From assembly GCA_002269645.1 (NCBI GenBank), contig NIVC01000652.1:186001-250000 (forward strand): a DNA stretch of 64,000 bases. Direction: 5' to 3'. This DNA comes from Macrostomum lignano. Its lineage: Eukaryota. The translations under genes were made by a program, and so were the position numbers. The notes beneath the pieces were generated by a model. That model had not been told where the DNA came from and did no database searches. It saw only the letters and a list, made by a program, of their open reading frames with translations. Shown piece after piece: positions 10,365 through 36,741 of this stretch (position 1 is its first letter; every line of letters begins with the position of its first letter).

Positions 10365-11069
10365 TGTGACAGGTGTTATTCCCCTGTCTTTGTGAACAAT
10401 CCCACTGCTGACACTAACTGTGATAGGCCTTCTGGCTCTGTCTTTCTAAATTTCTAACTATTGATGCTAGTGTTTATTAAATATCCTACAAGCTGCCACC
10501 AAGTTGTTACAGGTTTTCAATTTTCTCTGCTGATACTAAATTCTGCCTTTGGTATCTCTAACTGTTTCTTAGAATTTCATTTAAATATACTGGTAGCGTC
10601 TTATGTATTAATCTGGTAGCGTTCTTAGTATATTAGCCTGGTAGCGTTCTTAGTATATTAGTCTGGTAGCGTTCTTAGTATATTAGTCTGGTAGCGTTCT
10701 TAGTATATGGCCTGAGCGGTCTTACTGGTATATGTGCTTTCTCTCTCCAGTCTGGGCGTTACCGAGATTAGAGGGTCACAGCGATCACTCTTAGTACTTT
10801 CTTTGCATGAATCCCTGATTCCCAACTCTCAATACCTCTTAAAAATAAGCAATGATCTGAGAATAAGTATTGAACAACGTTTTGAGCTTATAGCTATCGA
10901 ACGAGTGTTCATTTTCCTACCTCCAACTTCGCTCCTATTTATACTATCTCAACTGCGTATATTTATAACAAACGTAGAATATTAAGAATATTTTGCAAGT
11001 TAAAACAAAACATAGTTTTCGCGTGATTTTAGAAATAAGGTTTCCTAGAAAACAGTAACCGCTTCTACA
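10365..11069 (-). repeat. 5' LTR (705 bp)
   Basis: TG...CA ends. 4 full + 1 degenerate 25-bp units. Minus-strand TATAAA near 10960-10966 and AATAAA near 10473-10478. Confidence 0.95.
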
Positions 11070-11527
11070 AAAACTAATAAAATATAATTTTTTATATTTT
11101 TAAAATTTTTTAAAAAATGGTGTAGGCCTAAAATTATAAAGAAAAAATAGTGCTAATATATATTTTCAATTTAATGTTAATATTTTTACAACTAGAGTAA
11201 ATTTTTTATAATGCTACTTAAACTTTTCATATATATATATATTATTTAGCTACTAAAATTTCCTTTTCTTCTTTAAGGTTTATAGTGTCAGAAATATAGA
11301 ATAAGAAGAAGCCATAAGTCACTATTGGATAGAATAGTAATCATGCAATTGCTCTTAGCCAATAGTGACTTACATGTGTGTTGCCAATAGAAATGGCCAG
11401 GTGCTTCCCAAGGTTGCATATGTATGAGTCAAACTATCTAGGTTATACCCCTATATGCTCTTATTTTCTTAGAATTTGTCACCTGTATGTAAATCATTGT
11501 TTAGGCCTGCTATATCTAGGCAGTCTA

Positions 11528-11745
11528 GCAATCAAATAAACTAATCAAATTGATCAAAGCAATCAAATAAACTAATCAAATTGATCAAAGCAATCAAATA
11601 AACTAATCAAATTAATCAAATTGATCAAAGCAATCAAATAAACTAATCAAATTGATCAAAGCAATCAAATAAACTAATCAAATTAATCAAATTGATCAAA
11701 GCAATCAAATAAACTAATCAAATTGATCAAAGCAATCAAATAAAA
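11528..11745. repeat. 31/41-bp AT-rich minisatellite
   Basis: Unit GCAATCAAATAAACTAATCAAATTGATCAAA with 10-bp longer variants. Confidence 0.85.
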
Positions 11746-11938
11746 GCAAATGGCAACTTGACTAAGTAGGCTTGCTCTTCTAAATGTTTTTAGACTATCA
11801 CCTGCAGTCAATGTGGCATGGACTTCCTTGAAGAGATTAACGACTCAAAGTAAGTAGAGCTTGCTTGCCAGAGAAGCGCTGTTTGCTGCAAATTTGCTTT
11901 TTCAGTGTTATACAAAGTTACTGCCCCCCCCTCACCAG

Positions 11939-14496
11939 CCGGCAGGACCTGCTACTCCCCTCGGCACCCGCCAGTGCCACAGCGCAGCATCTGCGCCACC
12001 TGCTGCACCATCTGCATCACCAGGAGGGGCCTCAGCAGCACCAGTCTGTACCGCTGTTCAGCTTCGGCATGCACCGCATGATGAACTTCCTGGAGACCGG
12101 CGCTCTGGACCAGGTCATGACCCATCTGCTCGGACAGGTGGACAGCAACGGCGGCGCTCCGCCTCCGGCCACGCAGCAACAGTTGGCCGCGATTAAAACT
12201 GTCACAATAGCTGAGGAGCAGGTTAGCCCTGCATTGAGTCATTGCGCACCTCAGCTCATTGCACCTCATTCTCTGCTCATTGCATCTCATTCTCAGCTCA
12301 TTGCACCTCATTCTCAGCTCATTGTATCTCATTCTCTGCTCATTGCATCTCATTCTCAACTCATTGCATCTCATTCTCAGCTCATTGCATCTCATTCTCA
12401 GCTCATTGCATCTCATTCTCAGCTCATTGTATCTCATTCTCAACTCATTGCATCTCATTCTCAGCTCATTGCATCTCATTTTCAGCTCATTGCATCTCAT
12501 TCTCAGCTCATTGTATCTCATTCTCAGCTCATTGCATCTCATTCTCAGCTCATTGCATCTCATTCTCAGCTCATTGTATCTCATTCTCAACTCATTGCAT
12601 CTCATTCTCTGCTCATTGCACCTCATTCTCTGCTCACTGCTCCTGACCCAATCAAGCTCCTCAGCAGTACAGCCGAGTCTATCATTCGCCTTCTATTTCA
12701 GCAGACTAAATCAGCAACTCGTCTCAGCCTACAAAGTCGCCTCCCACACCTCTCCCCTTCAATCGCAGGTGAAAGAGGGCCTTCAGTGCTTTGTCTGTCT
12801 CGACGAGTTCAAGCAGGGCGTCTCGGCCGATGTTCTGCCGTGCCAGCACCACTTCCACCAGCAGTGCATCAAGCCCTGGCTGGAGAAGGTATTTCTTGCT
12901 GCATCTTGTTCCCTCAGTGGGACTTCGCTGTCTCTCTCAGCGGGACTCCAGAACCTTACCCAGTGCTGTCAGCGGGACTCCAGTGCCCCACCCAGTGCTG
13001 TCAGCGGACTCCAGTGCCTCACCCAGTGCTGTCAGCGGGACTCCAGTGCCCCACCCAGTGCTGTCAGCGGACTCCAGTGCCTCACCCAGTGCTGTCAGCG
13101 GGACTCCAGTGCCTCACCCAGTGCTGTCAGCGTGACTCCAGTGCCTCACCCAGTGCTGTCAGCGTGACTCCAGTGCCTCACCCAGTGCTGTCAGCGTGAC
13201 TCCAGTGCCCCACCCAGTGCTGTCAGCGGACTCCAGTGCCTCACCCAGTGCTGTCAGCGGGACTCCAGTGCCTCACCCAGTGCTGTCAGCGTGACTCCAG
13301 TGCCTCACCCAGTGCTGTCAGCGGGACTCCAGTGCCCCACCCAGTGCTGTCAGCGGGACTCCAGTGCCTCACCCAGTGCTGTCAGCGGGACTCCAGTGCC
13401 TCACCCAGTGCTGTCAGCGTGACTCCAGTGCCTCACCCAGTGCTGTCAGCGTGACTCCAGTGCCTCACCCAGTGCTGTCAGCGTGACTCCAGTGCCTCAC
13501 CCAGTGCTGTCAGCGGGACTCCAGTGCCTCACCCAGTGCTGTCAGCGGGACTCCAGTGCCCCACCCAGTGCTGTCAGCGGGACTCCAGTGCCTCACCCAG
13601 TGCTGTCAGCGGGACTCCAGTGCCTCACCCAGTGCTGTCAGCGTGACTCCAGTGCCTCACCCAGTGCTGTCAGCGTGACTCCAGTGCCTCACCCAGTGCT
13701 GTCAGCGTGACTCCAGTGCCTCACCCAGTGCTGTCAGCGTGACTCCAGTGCCTCACCCAGTGCTGTCAGCGTGACTCCAGTGCCTCACCCAGTGCTGTCA
13801 GCGTGACTCCAGTGCCTCACCCAGTGCTGTCAGCGTGACTCCAGTGCCTCACCCAGTGCTGTCAGCGGGACTCCAGTGCCTCACCCAGTGCTGTCAGCGG
13901 GACTCCAGTGCCTCACCCAGTGCTGTCAGCGTGACTCCAGTGCCTCACCCAGTGCTGTCAGCGTGACTCCAGTGCCTCACCCAGTGCTGTCAGCGTGACT
14001 CCAGTGCCTCACCCAGTGCTGTCAGCGTGACTCCAGTGCCTCACCCAGTGCTGTCAGCGGGACTCCAGTGCCTCACCCAATTCATGAAGCCACCCAGCTT
14101 ATATGAAATGCATGACGGTCCGATAGCCAATAAATAATCCCTTGTGGCAACCCTATGCATCCCATGCGCTCCCTTTCCGACTCCCTTCAGCGCGGCACCT
14201 GCCCGGTCTGCCGGAGCCCCCTGTCTGCGTCTGGCACGGACGGGGATCACGACGAAGCGGCGCCTGGCGAAGATGCGGACGCGGCTGACAGCGAGGCCGC
14301 ACAGCTGGGCGCCGTCGGCGGCTTCCTCAGCCACCCGCCTGTGGGGCTCGCCACTCGCCTTGCCGCTGCCTCCGCCGCCGCCGCCGCTGCTGCCGCCTCC
14401 GCTTCTTCTTCCTCCAGTACGGCGGAGTCCCGGCAGGGGCCCAGCCGAGGAGGTCGCCAGCGCAGTCGGGACTACGTGGAGGACGACTGCGACTGA
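11939..14496 (+). CDS. RNF115/RNF126: RNF115/RNF126-type RING-H2 E3 ubiquitin ligase, last three exons (5' exons outside window)
   Basis: Exons about 11939-12221, 12769-12888 and 14191-14496 with GT-AG introns, phase 0/0. Spliced product LDQVMTHLLGQV..PPPAT..TVTIAEEQ|VKEGLQCFVCLDEF..LPCQHHFHQQCIKPWLEK|RGTCPVCRSPL. The N-terminal zinc finger was not found in the window. Confidence 0.88.
12248..12635. repeat. Intronic 21-bp minisatellite
   Basis: Unit CTCATTCTCAGCTCATTGCAT, about 18 copies. Confidence 0.9.
12936..14079. repeat. Intronic 32-bp minisatellite
   Basis: Unit ACTCCAGTGCCTCACCCAGTGCTGTCAGCG(T/G)G, about 35 copies. Confidence 0.95.
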
Positions 14497-14884
14497 GCCG
14501 AGCTGGCGCTGATGTCGGATGTTTTTTTATTTGGCTGTTCGAACTCGGACAGATTTTATTCAGAATTTTTCTATTTCACCACAAATTCAGAAACTGCACT
14601 GTTAGCGAATGCGACTTCTTAGAAAATGGTGCGTGCTGTTCTTACTGTAGCGGCTGACGGCCTGACCGCACAATCTGCCCTCATTTTGCTCATTTCAATT
14701 TCTAGGCTTTATTCTCAGTTACTGGGGCTTTTTAGCTGAGCCGATGTTCTCCATCACCCCCGATTAACTTCTCTTACCGTCCCTTTTTAATATACAGGCA
14801 ACTCGTTGTGGCATGTCCGCATAGCGACATGTTTACTGGTGGAATTAGAGTGCTTTGTGTACTCAGAAAATCCAAGGAGTATAT

Positions 14885-15290
14885 AGGCAAGGAAATCCCG
14901 TTTCTATGAGATAAGGGAATCCCGTTGCTACGAGGTAAGGGAACCCCGTTACTATGAGTTAAGGGAACCCCGTTGCTATGTGGCAAGGGAACCCTGTTAC
15001 TATGTGGCAAGGGAACCCTGTTACTATGAGTTAAGGGAACCCCGTTGCTATGTGGCAAGGGAACCCCGTTACTATGAGGTAAGGGAATCCCGTTGCTATG
15101 AGGTAAGGGAATCCCGTTGCTATGTGGCAAGGGAATCCCGTTGCTATGAGGTAAGGGAATCCCGTTGCTATGCGGAAAGGAAATCTCGTTGCTATGTGGC
15201 AAGGGAATCCCGTTGCTATCGGTAAGAAAACCCGGTTACTATGCTGCAAGGGAATCCTGTTGCTATCCGTCAAGAATTTCCCGTTGCTAT
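14885..15290. repeat. 24-bp minisatellite
   Basis: Unit AAGGGAA(C/T)CCCGTTGCTATGTGGC and variants. Confidence 0.9.
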
Positions 15291-16823
15291 ACAATAAAGA
15301 AATGTTTTTTGCATGGTGCGTTCAGAAATACTTTGCCGCGTGTGTTCGCAGAAGGCAAGCAACGGCCTGTCCTTAGGCATTGTGATGCATTCAATTTAAT
15401 ATTTTACTCAAGTTCTGCTGATGCCTGTGGACTTTATTTAATATCGGAACTGTTTTGCGCAATTTTTATGTGTGTGAATTCGGTTCAAGTTTTGGTAGAA
15501 GATTAGTAAATCGTTTTCTGCTAGGCTTCGACTCAAACGACTCAAAGCTTTAGTTCTCCCTTGTCTGCTCTTAATTTTTAAGTTCGCAAAAAATCTGTAT
15601 ATTTTAAGTTGAATTCTTCTTTGTTCAGAATCTTTGACCAGCAGTGTAAGCTTGCCTGTTTTCCCTCTTCAGCCTACTAACAATAAACTGATTTCCTCGC
15701 TGTCTGCAAAAGGCCACAAATGTTTACTATTGGGCCACGGCTTGCTAATAGCAGACGGCTTGTTTGTCTTGAATTTCAATTTTGATTTAAAATTATTTGC
15801 ATCTACAAGTTTCAGCAATGCCAAGTCCAAAGTCAATGAAAATATGACTATGAGGGATGAAGATAAGAGTGTAATTGGATAATCCGCTAGCAGATTAAGA
15901 TTAAAACGAAAATATTTTTAGGGATAGCGGTCAGGACGGGTCACAGTTATCAAAATATTGACCGCTTATATAAAAATCCCAACCACGAACCAATATGGAC
16001 CAATCACCAACAATTACCAGGTATAGGTCGAAATCTCAAAGCGATTCATATGGTGTCAAAAATGAGAAAGCGCCAGTATAGTCACATGATTCTACCAGGC
16101 CATATAACGCCTGTAGACCCACAGACAGCCTGATACCTTGACATCTGGTTGTAACTATGACCTGAAAAAAGTATGCTGTTAGAATCAAATGAAAATGATT
16201 GGATATGAGATGAATTCAGAATAAGATTTATGGGGGAGACAAAGGATAAGAAGGGAGAGAGGAAAGAAAAAGAAGAAACTGATATCTCTACTGGCTGTAG
16301 AATTCGGTCCTCATCATAAGCCCAAATTAATTTGATCAAAATAAAATTAATTCACTAGCTATTTTTTATCTAGACTTCCATTTGTCTCACAAAATATGAC
16401 CTACCAATTTAATATATGCTAATTATTTACGTAGGTTTAACTGATTCAACAAAAATCAACGGTCACTGATGAACAAATTGCTATTGTAGCATTTTTGAGT
16501 TTTAATATACGAATTTTTTTCAATAACATAAAATATAAGTTTAGAACTTATTTATACTATGTTTCGTTTAGTTAAAATGAATGCAAAACGAAAATTTACC
16601 ATTTTAATTTCTTTAATTTCCTGGAAATCGATTGCTTATTTTGTCCGCGTCCGCGACAAGTCGTTTGCTTACACACCTTTTTCGTTAGTCACGACCAGGA
16701 AAGAGAGTTGCGGAATCTCGTAACATTACGTGACGATAAATTTTCAATGCGCTATCTGCAGTATTGAAGACTTGTGTTCATATTTTTATCTCCACTGCAC
16801 CTTAAAATTAGAAACTACTGAAT

Positions 16824-31538
<14,715 letters not shown>

Positions 31539-32209
31539 GCGGAGTTTTTAACAGCAGTATTCCCGTTTTTAACCAACAGTTTTACTCATTTTAACTTGTT
31601 CCTCCGCTTCTGTCATGCCATTTCTGCTGTGTGCTGCTTTCTCCAAGTTTTTCTGTGTTGGCCGCTGTTCTCAAATCAAAATCAAAGCAAGCACTGACCT
31701 GTGGTGCTCATTTTTGTTGGATTAAACTGTTGTTATCTTCGCTAGACTGCGACTTTCTATTTCACACTTTTAGTGACAGAAATTTCAATTACCCTCTCAC
31801 GCCGTTTTGTGACAATTTTCCATATTGAATTTTATCCGGAGAGTCTGCGTGTGCCACCCGCGCTTCAACGTGCTTTTTATACAGCTATTTATCCCGGTCT
31901 GACTGGATCTGCTTATGCTTCTATTTATATTTTTACTAACTACTTCACCTCCGAAATACACTGCAGCAACGCACTAGCTAAACTGCTGTCAGACTGCCAC
32001 TGCTGCTCAATATATCCGGGCAGTGAAAGCCGCTTTGATTTCATATCGATTTCTGCGGTCTTGAGCTGTCATGGGCGGAGCCCCCAGTGAAGCCTATGGA
32101 GTGTTGCGGGTTTATATCAATCATCGCATTAGCCGGGGTTTCGCGTAAGTCACGGCGATTTTTTTTTTGGGCTCAGTAAAAAACATTCTTTGCGCTGCTT
32201 TGAGTCCTG

Positions 32210-33239
32210 ATGAAGCTGTGGATGCTGCGAGCCGGCCTCTCACTGCTGCTGGCTGCGCTGGTCGGAATTTCTGCCACAGCGCAGTCGCAGCAGCCTGCGG
32301 CGTCAGCGGAGGACGCCACCATGGCTGAGCAGCTGTGCAGCGCCGGCTTGCCGTCTCGGCGAGGCGCGGCGGCGGTGTCGGCGGTGAACTTCACCGACAG
32401 CGCGCTGACCTACGGCTACTGCTGCGCCGAGGGCGGCGGCCCGCGACCTACCGTGCGCTGCGAGGTCCGCTTCAAGCTGGCCTTCCTGCTGCTCTGCGGG
32501 GTCGGCGGCGTCTCCCTGCTGGTCGCCGGCTGCTCGGCCGCCGTTGCCGGCCTTCAGCGCCTCCGTCGGCGCTGGGACGCCCTGGACGACTTTGTGAGTT
32601 CGGTCTGCGGGCCGCGGTCTGCGTGGACAGGTTGGGTTGGGGGATGCAGCTTCTTCCTAAGGCTTTGCTGTGCGCAGCGGGAGGTCGCCAACTGGCAAGC
32701 AGAAAATCCGGTGTCTGTCAGTTCCTGATGCGCATGGCGGTCAAGTCAGGACGGACCGGAAATGAATAAACTGCAAAGACCTACATCGGCAGCGTAGGCC
32801 ATCCACATTTACATGTAGTTGAAGTGAGATATACATGGGCGCGGATACCCCGATTTTAGTGTGTACACATCATGATTGGTATACATGTACTTTTACATTA
32901 CTGTTATACATCTACATGTATTGTTAAATTTTCACGGATTATTTATACATGTAAGTTAGTGCGTGTACAAATTGTTTAACTTCTTAATTGATTGATATGT
33001 TAAACCCCGCAATTCTCCATTGCGTCTACGAGCTACCGCCATGTACATGTATAGATTTGACTACTGGACTGCCATCCTGATAAGCTACATGTAGGGCTAC
33101 AGTCTTACAGAACCGCCATGCACCTTCACCCCCTGCTCTGCAGCTGTCTCGTCCGCTGATGGCGCGCAGCTCCGGCCTGTCCATCCGGGCGGATTCCGAC
33201 TTGTCGATGCCTGAACTGGCCGCGAGTGCGCGGAGCTGA
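32210..33239 (+). CDS. Small single-pass type-I membrane protein (159 aa), family not recognised
   Basis: Exons 32210-32593 (donor GTGAGT) and 33144-33239 (acceptor CTCTGCAG), phase 0. Signal peptide, ectodomain with 4 Cys and an N-x-T site, hydrophobic TM followed by RLRRR. Confidence 0.7.
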
Positions 33240-33635
33240 GGCGCACACCGAACCGACTGCAATCTGTGAAGCTTGTGTACGCATGATGTACATGTACAAA
33301 CATTTTTGCACCTCGGTGCGCTGCTAACCGGTAGTTGACATAACAAATATATGAATGCACAAATTGAAAAACACATATGCACATTTTCACTTAAACGTCC
33401 GCAATCATCACGGCCAAATGTGCATGCTTAATCCTGCATCTGAACAAAAATTATTGAAAGACTTGCTGAGTTCACATGCTCTACGGTGGCAGCGTGAATG
33501 AATAATAAATATGCTCACAAGGGTTGCAGAAAGGCTTCAAAAATTCTGTTTTTTAATTAGATATCGAATTCTAAACAAAAGTAAACTGCCTTAAATTAAA
33601 GTAAATAAAACAATTACATTATGTACATGTAATAT

Positions 33636-34266
33636 CCAAGGACCACTAGAAGAAGAAGGACGGGACACTTCGTTTCTTGGAAAATTTATTAAAGGCTGAT
33701 TTTCACGAAAAAATGCACTAAGCGAGATATGAACATTTCACTTTTTCACTTTAAAATGGTGATAGTTTTTTATTGGAAGCAGATACAAAGCTCTTCTTTT
33801 GATATAACTTACAAAACATGTTGCTTCGACGGATTTTATAAAAAATTTTCATGAATAATTGATCTTCATATTATTTTATAGTTATAAAGTCTAAAGCTAA
33901 AACTGTTTTTTAATGATATATTGCTAATAAATAGATGCATTCGATTAAAAAGATATTGTAAAATTAAAGTTAGTCTTAAGGCCTAGCTTTAGACTATAAT
34001 TGCTGCATGTTATAGCTAGTAACTAAAATAATATGAAGATCAATTATTCATAAAAAAATCTTTATAAAATCCGACGAAGCAACATGTTTTGTAAGTTATA
34101 TCAAAAGAAGAGCTTTGTATCTGCTTCCAAAAAAAGCTATCACCATTTTAAAGTGAAAAAAGTGAAATGTTCCTATCTCGCTAGTGCATTTTTTCGTGAA
34201 AATCAGCCTTTAATAAATTTTCCAAGAAACGAAGTGTCCCGTCCTTCTTCTTCTAGTGGTCCTTGG
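33636..34266. mobile_element. Foldback-type MITE with about 250-bp TIRs
   Basis: CCAAGGACCACTAGAAGAAG... (33636 onward) is the near-perfect reverse complement of ...CTTCTTCTAGTGGTCCTTGG (ending 34266). TAATAT direct repeat on both flanks. Confidence 0.88.
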
Positions 34267-36104
34267 TAATATCCCGTAATAAAAATAAAAGATACTAGCC
34301 AGTTTTAACCGAGTCAAACGAACCATCCAACAGCTAAATCAAGGAAAACCCAGTCAAGTAAAATACGCGCAAGTTGGAACCAAGTTGTCTCAGTGGCGTA
34401 ACCCGCGTAAGATAGCTGTATGAGATTTTTGAAAGGGGTATAACTCCAATTGGGAGGGAACTAATTAGAGCCTTACAATATGAAATTGCAAAGAAAAGCC
34501 TTCTGCTTTAAGCTATTTAAAAAATCGAGAATTATTTACCGATTTTTAAACATGCACGTGCATACATGTACGAGTACATGCATCTAATATTTTTAACGTA
34601 ACACGAAAAAAATTCACAATTTAAACTGTAGATATAATAAAACAAACTAAAGCATAAAGCAATCTCTACAGAAAACAAAAGGCATTTGTGCGCTGCTATC
34701 TCTATATATATTATTACCATATTATAAACTGCTTTAAATATTAAAAAATCAATGCTTTTTTGTGTTGTTAGTATACATCGTGTCTATATTTTGACTTTGC
34801 TATTCAAATCTTTTTGACTAAAATATGTTTTTAGTTACATTTATTTTGTTACATTTTCCTCAGTGAATATTCCGTGCATAAATGAGCATAAGTTACCCAT
34901 TTTATATCTATTCGTTTATAGAACTTCATCAAGTTACTTTCCACTATTATGCAGAAAATTAACTAAACTAAATGTAACAAAGAAATTTAATTTATCAGCT
35001 CAGCTTCACTTGCACAACTTATATCTAGTATTCTAAATCCATATACTAAAAATGAAAATCTTGATCTACTAAAGGTCATAAAGCAGTTAAAAAAACTTTT
35101 TTATTAATTAAAAACTATCTTTTAGCAATTTACAAGTTCATTCAAGAAAGACAGGTTTGAAGAGACAATTTGTATTCAGGGATGACATGGGCTATGTACT
35201 GCATTGTAGAAACTAATATGAATTAAGTATTCTTGATTCACAACATAGCTTAGTAGTTAAGGGCAATTTTTTCTAAAAAAACACTGCATTCAGTGAAACA
35301 ATTAGTAAAGTTTTCTAGGAAACTCGGCAACAATTGAACTATTACGCCAAAAAATATGAAATAAAAAGTAAAAAACATTTTGAATCTTTATCTTTGTCAA
35401 TAATATTAAGATCCACTGATGAATTTTCTGCCTTTATAGATAACAATTATTATCCATATACTAAAAATGGTCTGTCTGTGTCTATCTATCTATGTGTTCG
35501 ATTGGAGAAAAAACGGCTCAACCGATTTTCCTCGAAATTGCACCATTCGATCAGAAATTATAAAGACTAAATTCTAAAGACCTAAAATATTGTTAACGAC
35601 TACTGGAACGATATTTTATCAATTTCGATAAGTTGTGTCACTTTTTAGCACTTTTTAGCTATGATTGTATGCACATGTCCTTGGAGATTTCCTTGCGCAT
35701 TATCACGTCCTTGTAGATTTGCTTGGCTAAACTGATCATTTAGAATTCTGTTTGTATTTCCTTCAGTATTCATTATCATTTAGTCTCCTCGGCTAAGTTA
35801 AGATATTTTATTTGCTAATGCAAAATCAATACTTGGAAATTTCTGGGAATTACATGTACCACTGGTGTAACCATAGGATTTGCTTATCGACTTTTTCTTC
35901 AATGCTAAATAAATAATGAATATTTATAATAATAAATATTTTAATATAATAATAATTATTATAATTTAATATTATAATAATAAATAAATATTTATTTATT
36001 TATATTTATGCTGGATACAAATTTATTGTTTCCAATCGTATGCATTTAGCTGCCCGTAACTTTAAAATACTAAAAACAGTCAGGAACCATTTCGAACCAA
36101 ATTT

Positions 36105-36464
36105 ATGTCATTCAAAGCCGGCATGGACAACCTCGAAGCCACCGACGAGAGCAGCTTCTCCGTCGACGAAGTCAGCAACATCATCAAGGAGAGCGTGGAA
36201 GACGTCATCGGCACGGCGCACTACTCGCACAACAAAGTCGGCCAGTGGACCTCGTCAGTCATCGAGCAGTGCGTCAACCAGCTCACCCGCCTGGGCAAGC
36301 CGTTCAAGTACATCGTGACCTGTCTGGTGATGCAGAAGAACGGCGCCGGCCTGAACACAGCCTCCTCCTGTTACTGGGACAGCCAGACGGATGGGTCCTG
36401 CATCATCAAATGGGAGAACAAGTCGATGTACGTTATTGTGAGCGTCTTCGGCTTGGCAGTCTGA
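36105..36464 (+). CDS. DYNLT1: Dynein light chain Tctex-type 1 (intronless)
   Basis: [12 protein letters not shown]...[53 protein letters not shown]. The second ATG (36123) may be the true start. Confidence 0.96.
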   Translation: MSFKAGMDNLEATDESSFSVDEVSNIIKESVEDVIGTAHYSHNKVGQWTSSVIEQCVNQLTRLGKPFKYIVTCLVMQKNGAGLNTASSCYWDSQTDGSCIIKWENKSMYVIVSVFGLAV

Positions 36465-36741
36465 GACCGCCGGCTGGCCAAACCTGACGATCCCAACTGA
36501 CTGTCGTTGCTATCGCAACTTAAATACACACTTGTTCACTTCGTGACCTTCTGTGCGCTTTTTCCAATGCTTTCTTGTCGAGTCTGATTATTTCTTGAAC
36601 GACTATAAATAGATAAGAGTACAGGATTGAGGCCTAGGAAGTGACAACACTGGGGGTGCCGTATGCGCCCAGTGGTGCCTTGGAGAATTGGTTCATGCAG
36701 ATTCGCACCTTCAATGTTCAAAATTTATTGCGATCTTTCAG

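Larger units (their letters stand above)
2329..11069 (-). mobile_element. Full-length Ty3/Gypsy LTR retrotransposon with extra ORF3
   Basis: Two near-identical LTRs with TG...CA ends, 4-bp TSD AAAA (2325-2328, 11070-11073), PBS next to the 5' LTR, PPT next to the 3' LTR, domain order gag-PR-RT-RH-INT. Confidence 0.97.

Noticed and set aside
10690-10759. A real tRNA-Leu gene inside the LTR
   Set aside because: The blocks are interrupted by insertions, and there is no T arm/B box or colinear 3' acceptor strand, so it cannot fold as a tRNA. Reported as a complementarity feature instead.
10734-10985. 83-aa ORF duplicated in both LTRs (also 2773-3024)
   Set aside because: GTG start, antisense to the element, no recognisable motif; duplicated only because the LTRs are.
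11952-14334. Long ORFs over minisatellites here and at 25401-25949, 27651-28433, 28423-29298, 30554-31113, 36663-37470, 37910-38774, 39455-39983 and 52215-52819
   Set aside because: Periodic peptides produced by stop-free repeat units, mostly within introns defined by flanking exons.
15634-16339. Short ORFs as upstream HELZ2-like exons or transposase relics
   Set aside because: No motifs and no convincing splice donor; AT-rich composition.
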